Shown: positions 18,860 through 28,359, numbered from the stretch's first letter. The stretch: DNA of 64,000 bases from Candidatus Micrarchaeum acidiphilum ARMAN-2 (GCA_009387755.1 GG697240.1:1-64000); one strand, 5' to 3'. Translations and numbers: made by a program. The notes: generated by a model from the letters alone, not told the origin.

Positions 18860-19738
18860 CTAACGCCACAGCCATGGTGTTTTTGGAAGTTTGGCGCTCA
18901 ATACGCATAGCAATTCGATTACTCCCTTCGAGTACTTGTGCCTTGCATATGCATACGCTTTCTTCTTCAACGTCTGGCTTGCATTGCCAACCGCCATAAA
19001 CTTTCCAATCCTGTTGACCATTTTGTAGTCATTATCTTCGTCTCCTATGGCGTAGAGATTGCAGGAGCCTGTCGTCTTTTTCAGCCATTTAACTGCAGTG
19101 CGCTTGGACACTTTCGATGTGTAAAACAGCATGTTTCCGAACTGCGAGACCACGATTGTGAACTCCTTTTTGTTTTTGAAAAGCGTTTTCATATGCACCT
19201 CCAACCCGGACATGATTCCCGGGGCATCTACTAGCTTCTTGTGCTGTACGAGTTTCAGGTATAAGCTTGTAGTATACACCCTCGATTTTGTGTTCAGAAT
19301 CAGAAGCGTGCCATCAGGGTAGTTGAATCTGCCCTGGCGTTTTAACGCTGCAACAGTGTCTGTCTCCAACCATATTACTCTGCGCCCTGACGAACCTGCC
19401 AGGTAGGACAGGACAGCCCTTTGAAATTTCAGTTTGGCATTTCTGATAGCTTTCAGGTCGTTCACGCCAAGAAGTGCGATCGCCTTCCTGCCTCTAGAAA
19501 CTTTGGCAATCAGACCATTCTCGGCGACCAGCGGCCCGTTGAAGCCAAACTTCCTGTAAACGGGCAGCATGTCACTCATTGATCTGTTCGAATTCAGGCC
19601 GAATAGGAATCCGTGCTTTGCCAGCTTATTCATCTCAGATCTAATTCTAACGGCGTCTCCTTCGCTAACATGATACTTATTCTTCGTGTTAACGAGCGTG
19701 CCATCTATGTCTATAAAAACTATTGTTTTCTTAGCCAT
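18860..19738 (-). CDS. HAD-superfamily hydrolase, subfamily IIB-like (second paralog)
   Basis: Motif I 'VFIDIDGTLV', cap region 'NGPLVAENG', motif IV 'IGDEDND'. Start at MAKKTIV. Confidence 0.65.
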   Translation of the reverse strand: MAKKTIVFIDIDGTLVNTKNKYHVSEGDAVRIRSEMNKLAKHGFLFGLNSNRSMSDMLPVYRKFGFNGPLVAENGLIAKVSRGRKAIALLGVNDLKAIRNAKLKFQRAVLSYLAGSSGRRVIWLETDTVAALKRQGRFNYPDGTLLILNTKSRVYTTSLYLKLVQHKKLVDAPGIMSGLEVHMKTLFKNKKEFTIVVSQFGNMLFYTSKVSKRTAVKWLKKTTGSCNLYAIGDEDNDYKMVNRIGKFMAVGNASQTLKKKAYAYARHKYSKGVIELLCVLSAKLPKTPWLWR

Positions 19739-20082
19739 GTTGGGACGAGACCTTCCCATATCTGAACGGTGGTTCAGAAAAGAACCATTAACAATAATCA
19801 CAGTAATTTAGGAAGTTGAATTCTTAAATAATTTTGTACCAATAATAAATTTATGGTGCTTTCTCTCTTCTTTTTATTATTGGGTGATATGCGGTCTAGC
19901 TGGGAGAGAGAATCTGTTCTTCGAATAAAAGAGCATTGTTTGATGCGCATCTTCTCCGCGTTGCAGAAACTGTTCACAGAAAACGCGATTACAAAATCTT
20001 GGCATATGTCTATTGGTGCCATATTCCTCATCGCAAGAGTAAGAGGATAAATATATAAAAGCCATTTATACTAATCTAAAAT

Positions 20083-20090
20083 CTAAGGAG
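20083..20090 (+). promoter_or_regulatory. Shine-Dalgarno-like AAGGAG 9 nt upstream of the SET-domain gene start
   Basis: 'ctAAGGAGttgattgcATGATG' read from the sequence. Confidence 0.4.
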
Positions 20091-20098
20091 TTGATTGC

Positions 20099-20494
20099 AT
20101 GATGCTCATAAAAACTAGGATAGGGCCTAGCAGGATACAGGGCATAGGGCTTTTTGCCGACCAAGATATAAAGAAGGGCACGCCTGTATGGAAGTTTACG
20201 CCCGGATTCGATCTGAGGTTTACCGAAGAACAGCTCAGGCGCTTACCTCCCAGGGCAAGGAGGTATGTAATCAGATACGGATGGAAAAGTGACAAGAGCC
20301 ATTTGCTTTGCTTCGCCCTGGATGACGGGAAATACTTCAACCACTCAGACAATCCGAACACGCTGAGCAGATACTACGATGACGAAGAGGAGGTCGTTAC
20401 CAAGGCCATAAGGGACATAAGGAAGGGAGAAGAGATCACGGATAACTACAGGTCCTTTGAAAGCACATTCAGAAAGCCCAAGAACTATAAGTAG
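20099..20494 (+). CDS. SET-domain protein (putative protein lysine methyltransferase)
   Basis: 'GIGLFA', 'NHSDNPN' (NHSCxPN SET signature), C-terminal 'EEIT.NY'. 131 aa, like minimal archaeal and bacterial SET proteins. Confidence 0.7.
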   Translation: MMLIKTRIGPSRIQGIGLFADQDIKKGTPVWKFTPGFDLRFTEEQLRRLPPRARRYVIRYGWKSDKSHLLCFALDDGKYFNHSDNPNTLSRYYDDEEEVVTKAIRDIRKGEEITDNYRSFESTFRKPKNYK

Positions 20495-20605
20495 AAAACT
20501 GCGCCGTGAAGAACATTGAAAGCTTGTTATATTTTGTCGCTTTTGCGGCAATAGCATTAAATAGGGAAAGGAAAAATCAGTTATTGAATACTTTTACGTG
20601 ATACC

Positions 20606-21145
20606 ATGTCAGAGCAATCAAGCAATGCGCGAAGCAAAAGCAGTAAACAGAGCACATATCTTGCCAGTGCAATAATATTGATAGTTGTAGTGCTGGCTGT
20701 TGGGTATTTTGCCTACAGCGGCGCGGCGCCGGGCGCTGTGGCGGTCGGCGACAATGTCAGCGTGTTTTATACAGGAAGCTTCACTAACGGAACAGTATTC
20801 AATACCAACGTAGGCAGCGCACCATTTAACTTTACAGTAGGGGCCGGTGAGGTAATACCGGGATTCAACAGCGCAGTCATAGGCATGCATGTAGGGCAGA
20901 ACAAAACAGTAACGCTTCCTCCGAGCGAAGCGTACGGCCCTGTAAACCAGAGCTTGATAGTGCAAGCACCGCTTTCCGAATTTAAGAGCACAAACGTGAC
21001 AGTCGGCCTACATGTTTCTACGCAGTCCGGACTTTCCGGAGTGGTCACTACTGTCACCTCAAACACTGCAACTGTCGATTTTAACCCGCCGCTGGCAGGC
21101 AAAACCCTAATATTCAACATAAAGGTAGTGGCAATAAGAAAATAG
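20606..21145 (+). CDS. Membrane-anchored FKBP-type peptidyl-prolyl cis-trans isomerase
   Basis: N-terminal TM helix, then FKBP core 'VSVFYTGSFTNGTVFNTN...VIPGFNSAVIGMHVGQ...YGP'. Confidence 0.8.
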   Translation: MSEQSSNARSKSSKQSTYLASAIILIVVVLAVGYFAYSGAAPGAVAVGDNVSVFYTGSFTNGTVFNTNVGSAPFNFTVGAGEVIPGFNSAVIGMHVGQNKTVTLPPSEAYGPVNQSLIVQAPLSEFKSTNVTVGLHVSTQSGLSGVVTTVTSNTATVDFNPPLAGKTLIFNIKVVAIRK

Positions 21146-21201
21146 TCTGGCATTCGCACAAAATCCGCATTGAACAGTAAATTAAATCTGAGTGGACTGA
21201 G

Positions 21202-22005
21202 TTAGCCTATTGCACTTGTGTAGTTCTTCAGGTAGTGGTAAAAGGCCTTCCTGAAAACGTATATCAGCACCACTGCAAAAAGCACTATGGCAAGCGAAGC
21301 CCACGCATTTACCCTGCCTAGCAGTATCTCTGCAGGATAGTATACTGCAAGGCCCATTGGAACCAGAAGGGAAAATATGAAGACGCCCACTATACTGTAT
21401 ATCTGCAGCGGATAAGAGGAAAACTCGCTGAAGACATTCATCAAATTGCCCGACCACCTGGCAGATTTCATCAGGGAATACACGACCATGGTGAACACCA
21501 TCATAAACGAGATCATAGCGGCGAGGCCGAATCCAGCAACAACGATAAACTCGAGAAGCTCGGGGACTGTTGGGCCAATGTTAAAGAGCGCATACGAGAT
21601 TATCGCAACGCTGGTAAAGGCGCTTGAAAGCGAATAGATGCTTCCCAAAGCCAGTGACGACAGGTATGGCGAATAAGGTCGGGTAAGGTAAATGTCTAGG
21701 CCTCCTTGTCGCATGAGCGCAACGATGGCTCTGGGAGAAGAGAAATAATTAAGCATCGAAAGAATAAAGGTGGACATGCTGCTAAGGAACAGAAGTTGGT
21801 AATAACTCCATCCCGCGATTCCGCTCGAAACTGAGTATATTATCGTTATAAATATGAAGTTCAAAAGCGGCCCTGTTGCTATGGCGAGCAGCACGAAAAC
21901 TGCAGACGCCCTGTAGGCGAGCACTTCCTTCCATGCGTACAGCTGCATCGCTAGGAATACCCTTGCATTGCGCACCTGACTTCTAATAAATCTGCTGAAT
22001 TGCAT
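21202..22005 (-). CDS. ABC-2 type transporter permease
   Basis: Six-TM hydrophobic protein. Third gene of the ATPase-permease-permease operon. Confidence 0.55.
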   Translation of the reverse strand: MQFSRFIRSQVRNARVFLAMQLYAWKEVLAYRASAVFVLLAIATGPLLNFIFITIIYSVSSGIAGWSYYQLLFLSSMSTFILSMLNYFSSPRAIVALMRQGGLDIYLTRPYSPYLSSLALGSIYSLSSAFTSVAIISYALFNIGPTVPELLEFIVVAGFGLAAMISFMMVFTMVVYSLMKSARWSGNLMNVFSEFSSYPLQIYSIVGVFIFSLLVPMGLAVYYPAEILLGRVNAWASLAIVLFAVVLIYVFRKAFYHYLKNYTSAIG

Positions 22006-22006
22006 T

Positions 22007-22822
22007 TCAACCGCCGGCCGAAGTTATGCTCTTGTAAGCCTGCTTCCAAGTAAAGTGCCCTATCGTGTAAAGCACTGCAAACCATGCGAGGCCGCCTAAA
22101 AACATTTCTGGAGCAACCGCGCTTGGATTTGTGAGGGCAGTTATCGGGAGGTAAAACATGTACTGGAACGGCAGCAATCCTATTATCCCTGCCGCAGCCC
22201 CGGAAAACAGGGAAAGAGGTATCATGGATCCGCCCAGCAGCGATGCAAGCAGCCCCTCGAATATCACGAACCCGTGTATGTCGTTCGCATACGCGCTCAG
22301 AGCACCTATGATGAATTCCATTGAATAGCTTACGCCCATGCCTATGCCCATCATAGCTATGAATTCTATCGCAGCAATTGCACTAAGGTGAACCTTGAAA
22401 ACTACTAGTATTATAACCAGCAAGGGCAGCTCGGCCATGGCCGCCCAGGTAAAGTTTTCAATGATAACGGTTGTAACTGTGTACCTTACGTATCCCATCG
22501 GCAGAGCGAGCTTGGACGCTATCGCGCCGTGCTTTATGTCGTGCTGTATGCTATATGGAAGGTCGGTATACAGTATCAAGCTTACCACGCTTGCAAGGAA
22601 AAAGTAAAGTATCATGCTGTCAAGAGTGTAAGTGCCTATGCGGTTTGTCCTGGTGGTCGCATATATGACAGTCCAAACGAAAACCATGACAAGGGGATAT
22701 AGTATGCGCATTAAGAAGCTCAGGACAAGATCTGACCGGTATGCCAGAAGGTCCTTTGCATTGAGCTTGAACATGGCCCAGTACCTTGCTATGCTCGTTG
22801 CTAGGTCAATCTTTGCTGCCAT
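22007..22822 (-). CDS. ABC-2 type transporter permease
   Basis: Multi-TM protein. Start at MAAKIDLA gives a short overlap with the ATPase gene. Confidence 0.55.
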   Translation of the reverse strand: MAAKIDLATSIARYWAMFKLNAKDLLAYRSDLVLSFLMRILYPLVMVFVWTVIYATTRTNRIGTYTLDSMILYFFLASVVSLILYTDLPYSIQHDIKHGAIASKLALPMGYVRYTVTTVIIENFTWAAMAELPLLVIILVVFKVHLSAIAAIEFIAMMGIGMGVSYSMEFIIGALSAYANDIHGFVIFEGLLASLLGGSMIPLSLFSGAAAGIIGLLPFQYMFYLPITALTNPSAVAPEMFLGGLAWFAVLYTIGHFTWKQAYKSITSAGG

Positions 22823-23837
22823 GGTCTGAAGCCCTTTTCTTGTAGAATTGGTGCAGCGTAATGCCAAAGTCCGGCTCTGCTATGCTGTAATCGGCAACCT
22901 TGTCCGAAGACAGGAATGCGCCAAGTCTCTTATCCTTTATCATCTTGCCCGGAATGCTGAACTTTATGTAGTCTTTAGTACGCTCAAGTGTCCTCACGCC
23001 AGACAGGTGCGGCAGTTTTGTGCTTCCTTTCAGATAAGCGGTCACCTCTCTGTAGTCTCCGAACATCTTTGATATTCCCTGATTTGTGCCGTCATATATC
23101 ACGCTACCATTGTCAAGTATTATGGTCCTTTTGGCGAGTATCTTTATGTCGTCTATTATATGCGTCGCTATTATGAATGTAGTACCGAACCGCTTGTTCA
23201 TATCAAACAGTGCATCCCTTAGCGCGAAGCTCGAAGGCAAGTCAACCCCTATGGTAGGCTCGTCCAAGAAGACTACCTCGGGCATATGGAGCAGCGACGC
23301 CGCGAAATTGCACTTCATCCTTTCGCCAAGGGAAAGCTCGCGCACCTGCCTCTTGTAGACCTTTTCCAGCTCCAGCACACCCACAAGATACCTGACCCGT
23401 CTTTTGAATTCATCGTCAGATATGCCGTATAGGGCCTTCCTGAATTGGAAGGTGTCCAGTGCGGGCAGATTCCAGTAGAGCTGCTCATGCGCCCCGAATA
23501 CAACGCCTATGCGCATGGCAAGAGTTTCCCTCGAAATCCACGGGTCCATTCCCAACACTCTAATAGTGCCGGAGTCTGGATGCAGGACCCCGGTTAGTAC
23601 CTTTATCATTGTCGATTTTCCGCTGCCGTTCTTGCCGAGCAGCGCAACTATCTCGCCCTTTTTGACTGAAAAGCTGACGCCGTTCAGCGCCTGCTTTATT
23701 ATGTACTGCCTGCGTATCGAAGATAGGATGCCCTGCCCATGCTTGGTCTCATAGCTCTTGAATTTTTTTCTTACATCTTCTACCAGCACAGCTAGCGAAT
23801 CATCTTTCATGTTGGCCACTACGACAGTAAGAGTCAA
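22806..23837 (-). CDS. ABC transporter ATP-binding protein (ABC-2 family)
   Basis: Walker A 'GKNGSGKST', signature 'LSLGERMK', Walker B 'VVFLDEPT'. Confidence 0.85.
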   Translation of the reverse strand: MTLTVVVANMKDDSLAVLVEDVRKKFKSYETKHGQGILSSIRRQYIIKQALNGVSFSVKKGEIVALLGKNGSGKSTMIKVLTGVLHPDSGTIRVLGMDPWISRETLAMRIGVVFGAHEQLYWNLPALDTFQFRKALYGISDDEFKRRVRYLVGVLELEKVYKRQVRELSLGERMKCNFAASLLHMPEVVFLDEPTIGVDLPSSFALRDALFDMNKRFGTTFIIATHIIDDIKILAKRTIILDNGSVIYDGTNQGISKMFGDYREVTAYLKGSTKLPHLSGVRTLERTKDYIKFSIPGKMIKDKRLGAFLSSDKVADYSIAEPDFGITLHQFYKKRASDHGSKD

Positions 23838-23930
23838 TATTTTATCTTTAGCACAGTAATTTAACTGTTCTCTTTAATGGCGTTCTTCATCCCAGTAAAG
23901 CTTATAATTTTTTCTTGAGCAGGCTACCTG

Positions 23931-24077
23931 ATGATTGGGACAAGGGATGAAGTTTTTGTAGATGAAAACAGATGCCTTGTGTGCGGGCATCCCATGGTTC
24001 ATGTGCAAGCCTGCCATTTGAAATGCACGAACTGCGGCCGGGAGATGGACTGCTCTGACAAGGGTTTTATCTGGTAA
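23931..24077 (+). CDS. Small (48 aa) four-Cys zinc-ribbon protein, absent from the ORF track
   Basis: Manual translation: MIGTRDEVFVDENRCLVCGHPMVHVQACHLKCTNCGREMDCSDKGFIW. Two CxxC pairs. Lies in the intergenic space before hemC. Confidence 0.4.
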   Translation: MIGTRDEVFVDENRCLVCGHPMVHVQACHLKCTNCGREMDCSDKGFIW

Positions 24078-24143
24078 ATTAGTGCTGTGGCTGCATGGGC
24101 AGGAATTCTCAGGGATTGCGCAATAGGCTGCAGAGATGTTTAG

Positions 24144-25049
24144 ATGTCTGAAAGCGAGATAACAATTGGCACGCGGGGAAGCGAGCTTGCAGTGGCGCAG
24201 GCGGAGATTGTAAGAAATAAACTTGCTGCAATCGAGCCGAGGATTTCCTTCAGGATTGTCAAAATAAAAACACTCAATGAGAAGGTAGACAGATCCAAGG
24301 CAAGAACAGAAAAGGATATCTACACCAAGGAAATAGACGAGGCCATTTTGGAACGCAGGATAGACATTGCAGTTCATAGCCTGAAGGACCTGAAGTTCAA
24401 CATGGATGAGAATATGCAGATAGGTGCAGTGCCCGACAGAGACGACCCGAGGGATGTGTTTATAGGAAACACAGAAACGGAATTTGAGCATCTGGGCACG
24501 GACGCGCTTGTAGGTACAAGCAGCATTAGGAGAAGGGTTCAGCTGACAAGGATAAACCCCAAACCAATGATTTCTGACCTGCACGGCAACATTGACACCA
24601 GGCTGTCAAAACTCAATTCTGGGGAATTTTCTGGAATTGTTATTGCAGCCGCTGGGGTAAAGAGGCTTGGAAAGGCAGTTAGAATGCAGTATTTCGATGA
24701 AAGGGATGTGGTGCCGGCCATAGGGCAGGGTGCAATAGCAGTAACAGTACACAAGGACAACTCGGCTGCGGCTGAGCTCCTTAAACGCATAGACAACATG
24801 AAAGCGCGGGTTGAAGTTGGAGAAGAGATAGAATTTGGAAAGGCATTCGGAACCGGCTGCAACCTCCCAATAGGTGCCAATGCGAAAATGCTTGAAAGCG
24901 GGAAGATCGGCATCGTCGGATTCGTAAGTGATCTCGCTGGCAAGACTTTAGTCAAGGGGGAAACCGAGACCGGGCCAGGACACGCAGGAAAAAGCCTGGC
25001 CGAACTGCTAATCAAAAAAGGGGCGGGTAATCTCATTGAAAGGAACTAA
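24144..25049 (+). CDS. hemC: Porphobilinogen deaminase (hydroxymethylbilane synthase)
   Basis: 'ITIGTRGSELAVAQA', 'IAVHSLKD', 'GNIDTRL'. Full-length collinear match. Confidence 0.9.
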   Translation: MSESEITIGTRGSELAVAQAEIVRNKLAAIEPRISFRIVKIKTLNEKVDRSKARTEKDIYTKEIDEAILERRIDIAVHSLKDLKFNMDENMQIGAVPDRDDPRDVFIGNTETEFEHLGTDALVGTSSIRRRVQLTRINPKPMISDLHGNIDTRLSKLNSGEFSGIVIAAAGVKRLGKAVRMQYFDERDVVPAIGQGAIAVTVHKDNSAAAELLKRIDNMKARVEVGEEIEFGKAFGTGCNLPIGANAKMLESGKIGIVGFVSDLAGKTLVKGETETGPGHAGKSLAELLIKKGAGNLIERN

Positions 25050-25749
25050 GCCGCGGGTTTTGGTGCTGAGGTCTTCCGAGAATCTGGCGGAAACCTGCGC
25101 CGAACTGCGAAAGGCGTCGATAGAATGCATTCCTGTCGAGGCAATAAGAGCCGAGGCGGTTGCACAGGAAGGCAGGTTAATGCGCAGCATGATAGCCAGC
25201 GCAGACTACGTGATATTTACATCCAAGAATTCGATTGCGTTTTCAAAGAGCTACTTTTCGGGAGTGTATGCTGGGCACAAGTTCCTAACATGCGGGATAT
25301 CAACGAAAACGTTTGCCGAGGAGTCTGGGTTCAGAGTTTCCTACGCACCAAAGACAGGAGGTATTAACGCAGTAATAAAATGGCTGAAGGCAAAACGGCC
25401 GGGTCCAGTGCTCTGCATATCTGGAGAATCGTCTTCGAACGATTTTTTGCAGGTTTTGCTTCGCGGCTTTACTGTAATCGAGGTAGGAGTTTACCGGATA
25501 AAAAGACTCCGCCCAAAAATACCTGCCGAGGCAATAACTGGGATTTCGCATGTGCTATTTTTCAGCTCTGCCGAAGTTGACGTTTTCAGAGACGCAGTTG
25601 CATCGCATAATGGCCTTGACTTTGACAGCGTCTCCGCGGTTTGCATAGGCAGAAAAACTTTTGAGCGTGCCGCTGCAATTTTTAGGAAACCTGTGCTTTC
25701 CAGGCAGAATGGCATAGCAGGCGCAATTGAGGCGATAAAAAATGGATAA
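25036..25749 (+). CDS. hemD: Uroporphyrinogen-III synthase
   Basis: HemD-like two-domain protein (~240 aa) between hemC and hemE. TTG start overlaps hemC by 14 nt. Confidence 0.65.
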   Translation: MKGTKPRVLVLRSSENLAETCAELRKASIECIPVEAIRAEAVAQEGRLMRSMIASADYVIFTSKNSIAFSKSYFSGVYAGHKFLTCGISTKTFAEESGFRVSYAPKTGGINAVIKWLKAKRPGPVLCISGESSSNDFLQVLLRGFTVIEVGVYRIKRLRPKIPAEAITGISHVLFFSSAEVDVFRDAVASHNGLDFDSVSAVCIGRKTFERAAAIFRKPVLSRQNGIAGAIEAIKNG

Positions 25750-26782
25750 TATAAAGGATAGCCTGTTCATAAGGGCCTGTTATGGAAAGCACGTGGAAAG
25801 GCACCCGGTATGGTTTATGCGCCAGGCAGGCAGGTACCTGCCCGAATACTCCAAGATAAAGGGAGCTAGGAACGTGCTTGATGTGCAGTCCGATCCACTT
25901 GCATCTTCGGAGATAACCGTGCTTCCTGTAGACAAGCTTGGCGTTGATGCGGCCATACTCTACGCTGATATAATGATACCGATAAGGGCGGCAGGGCTTG
26001 GTGTCAGAATAGAGGAAAACATAGGGCCAGTTATGGATTTTGCAGTTGGAGAACCTGACGACCTTGCGCCGCTGGAAAGGTTCAGTTGCGATAGGGATGC
26101 TCCATATGTCCTAGAAAACATAGTCCGTACCAAGGAGAAGCTTGCCGGACGCGTGCCACTGATCGGTTTTGCAGCAGGGCCATTTACCTTGCTGAGCTAT
26201 CTTCTTGAGGGCAGACCTTCAAGGACCTTTGACAGATGCAGGGCCATAATCCAGGATGATCCGGACCTTTGGAGTAGGTTCATGGATATGGCTGCATCTA
26301 TGACAATAAGATACTTAAGGTCGCAAGTAAGGACCGGTGTAGACGCAGTACAGATATTCGACAGCTGGGCCGGATTTCTGGAGCCCGAAGTTTATAGAAA
26401 ACACGTGCTTGAGCATACAAAGCGCATAGTCGACGAGATCAAAGGCATCGTGCCTATAATACATTTCTCCGCAAGAAGCTCGGGCATTATGAGAGACCTG
26501 AGAGAGCTAGACTGCGAGGTGATAAGCATCGGACCCGACGTGGAGCTGAAGCTTGCCAGATCCGCGCTAGGAAATGGAAAGTCGCTGCAGGGCAATCTCG
26601 ACCCAAGCATGGCTGTGCGCGGAGGCGCAGAAATGCTTGCAAGGACAGACAGCATACTGGACGAGATGGATGGCGTTGATGGATTCGTTTTCAACCTTGG
26701 CCATGGAGTTGCAAAAGACACGCCCCCAGAGAACCTTATGAAAATAGTTGAGCGCGTAAAGGCAAGGCCCGCGCATCAGTAG
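25742..26782 (+). CDS. hemE: Uroporphyrinogen decarboxylase
   Basis: 'PVWFMRQAGRYLPEY' (the UroD RQAGR motif). Full-length similarity. Confidence 0.9.
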   Translation: MDNIKDSLFIRACYGKHVERHPVWFMRQAGRYLPEYSKIKGARNVLDVQSDPLASSEITVLPVDKLGVDAAILYADIMIPIRAAGLGVRIEENIGPVMDFAVGEPDDLAPLERFSCDRDAPYVLENIVRTKEKLAGRVPLIGFAAGPFTLLSYLLEGRPSRTFDRCRAIIQDDPDLWSRFMDMAASMTIRYLRSQVRTGVDAVQIFDSWAGFLEPEVYRKHVLEHTKRIVDEIKGIVPIIHFSARSSGIMRDLRELDCEVISIGPDVELKLARSALGNGKSLQGNLDPSMAVRGGAEMLARTDSILDEMDGVDGFVFNLGHGVAKDTPPENLMKIVERVKARPAHQ

Positions 26783-27672
26783 CCCAGAGCCCTTGAACTG
26801 GCTTCGAAAAGCGCTTTCACTATTTCATCAGAATCGTTCGGCATTTTGGAAACCTTGAAGTTTATGCCTTTGCTTTTGCAGAGCGATCCCAATACGATTC
26901 CGGCGTCGTACATTGTTTCGAGGTTGTCAGTTACGAATCCTATCGGTATTATTGCCAGATTCTTGATGCCGGATTCAGCCAGTTCGGCTACTTTCTGCTC
27001 TGCCGAAGGCCCTATCCAGCGGCCCGGCATGTCTGCCGCACTCTGGAAGCAAAGGGTCCAGCTGTTGCCGAACTGCGCCTGCACCTTTGCACATGCCTCC
27101 AGAATCTGATCTGTGTATACTGCAAGATCGTCTTCCGGCGTCACAGGCATGCTGTGCGCAGTAAACAGCAGCATATAGCTGTCATCTATTCCAAGTTTGG
27201 AGATTTCGTTCTGCCAAGCCTTTATAAGTCCGGGCTCCGCGCTCCACGAATTAACCTTGAAGATCTCCGGTTTCCATCCTATAGACGCAGCTGCAGCATC
27301 GACCATGCCAAAGTAGCTTTCGGCACTTATCTTTGAGTAGAAGGGGGCCACAGGCACGCACGCTAGCCTTTCTATGCCCGCATCTGCAGCGGATTTTAGC
27401 GAATCTAGTATGTAGGGCCTTGAATACTTCATCCCCACAAACACCTCTGCGGCTTTCCCGGTCTCAGACATCATGCGCTGCAATTTTTTTGCCTGGCTGA
27501 AGGTTACTTCAAGGAGCGGGGATCTGCCGCCTATAGCCCTGTATCTTTCGATCAGCCTTTTGAGCTGCTCTGGTGGCGGCTTTTTGCCCCGGAGTATGTT
27601 TGTATAGTATTCTTCGACCCCGTCGATGCCCGGCGGAGTGCCATAAGCCATCAGCATTATTCCATCAGTCAT
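26776..27672 (-). CDS. hemH: Ferrochelatase (possibly coproporphyrin ferrochelatase)
   Basis: 'MLMAYGTP', 'LLFTAHSMP'. Overlaps hemQ by 4 nt (ATGA). Converges on hemE with a 7-nt overlap. Confidence 0.85.
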   Translation of the reverse strand: MTDGIMLMAYGTPPGIDGVEEYYTNILRGKKPPPEQLKRLIERYRAIGGRSPLLEVTFSQAKKLQRMMSETGKAAEVFVGMKYSRPYILDSLKSAADAGIERLACVPVAPFYSKISAESYFGMVDAAAASIGWKPEIFKVNSWSAEPGLIKAWQNEISKLGIDDSYMLLFTAHSMPVTPEDDLAVYTDQILEACAKVQAQFGNSWTLCFQSAADMPGRWIGPSAEQKVAELAESGIKNLAIIPIGFVTDNLETMYDAGIVLGSLCKSKGINFKVSKMPNDSDEIVKALFEASSRALGY

Positions 27673-28286
27673 GAGATGAGCCCGTCAATTCTTTTTATCC
27701 CGGTCAATATAGGAGTTTCATTCCTTATCCACTTTCTTGCTTCGGCGTGCCTGAGTTCTTCAGTAACTGCGACCCACTTTGCTATATTGCGTAGCTCGTA
27801 TATTACTACGAATTCCCAGTCTCCTATGCCGAACGATTCGGTGGTGTAAGATATAACTCCATAATTGTTGCTGCTTTCAATTGCAATTTTCACATGTGCT
27901 GCAATTATGCTTTTCCTTTCAGCCTCAGGTAGAAGGTACCAGCTCGGATCCTTAGACATAGGATACGCAACGAAATACTTGTACTCGCTGGTTGTGCTGC
28001 GCTTCCTGGCGTCTTTGAAGACTGAAAGCATGCCGTGCCGCGGCTTGGCAAAACCCGCAAGCTCCTTTTCAATATAGAACCTTGCATCCGACACGGTCGC
28101 GGGATCCTCGGCCATGAACCAGAAAATGATGTCGCAGTCGTTCCTCAGGGATTCATAAATATTAAAGCGCGCGCCTCCGCTTTTCTTCCATGATTCCGCC
28201 CACTTGGATATCTTTTCGAGTTTTTTTGCCCTCTCAGACCTTCCGGTTGACCACCAGCGGCTGCCCAGCGAAAAAGAAATCACCAT
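27669..28286 (-). CDS. hemQ: Chlorite-dismutase-like / HemQ family protein (putative coproheme decarboxylase); N-terminus uncertain
   Basis: Cld/HemQ-family sequence similarity. Translationally coupled to hemH. The 336-aa track ORF has an implausible N-terminal extension, so the start is taken at MVISF. Confidence 0.6.
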   Translation of the reverse strand: MVISFSLGSRWWSTGRSERAKKLEKISKWAESWKKSGGARFNIYESLRNDCDIIFWFMAEDPATVSDARFYIEKELAGFAKPRHGMLSVFKDARKRSTTSEYKYFVAYPMSKDPSWYLLPEAERKSIIAAHVKIAIESSNNYGVISYTTESFGIGDWEFVVIYELRNIAKWVAVTEELRHAEARKWIRNETPILTGIKRIDGLIS

Positions 28287-28359
28287 GGAGGTAAGTTCGT
28301 TCAAGCTTACACCGTAGACAATTCTCACGTAAAATATAAATACGGCAGCAGCTGCAAGC

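Noticed and set aside
19798-20065. Several 60-77-aa ORFs between the HAD gene and the SET gene
   Set aside because: Mutually overlapping on both strands in a lower-GC promoter region. No motifs. Likely non-coding.
23874-24584. 236-aa minus-strand ORF overlapping the 5' end of hemC
   Set aside because: Antisense to a well-supported hemC. No recognisable domains and His/Cys-rich junk composition typical of a GC-rich antisense frame. The real small gene here is the plus-strand zinc-ribbon ORF at 23931-24077.
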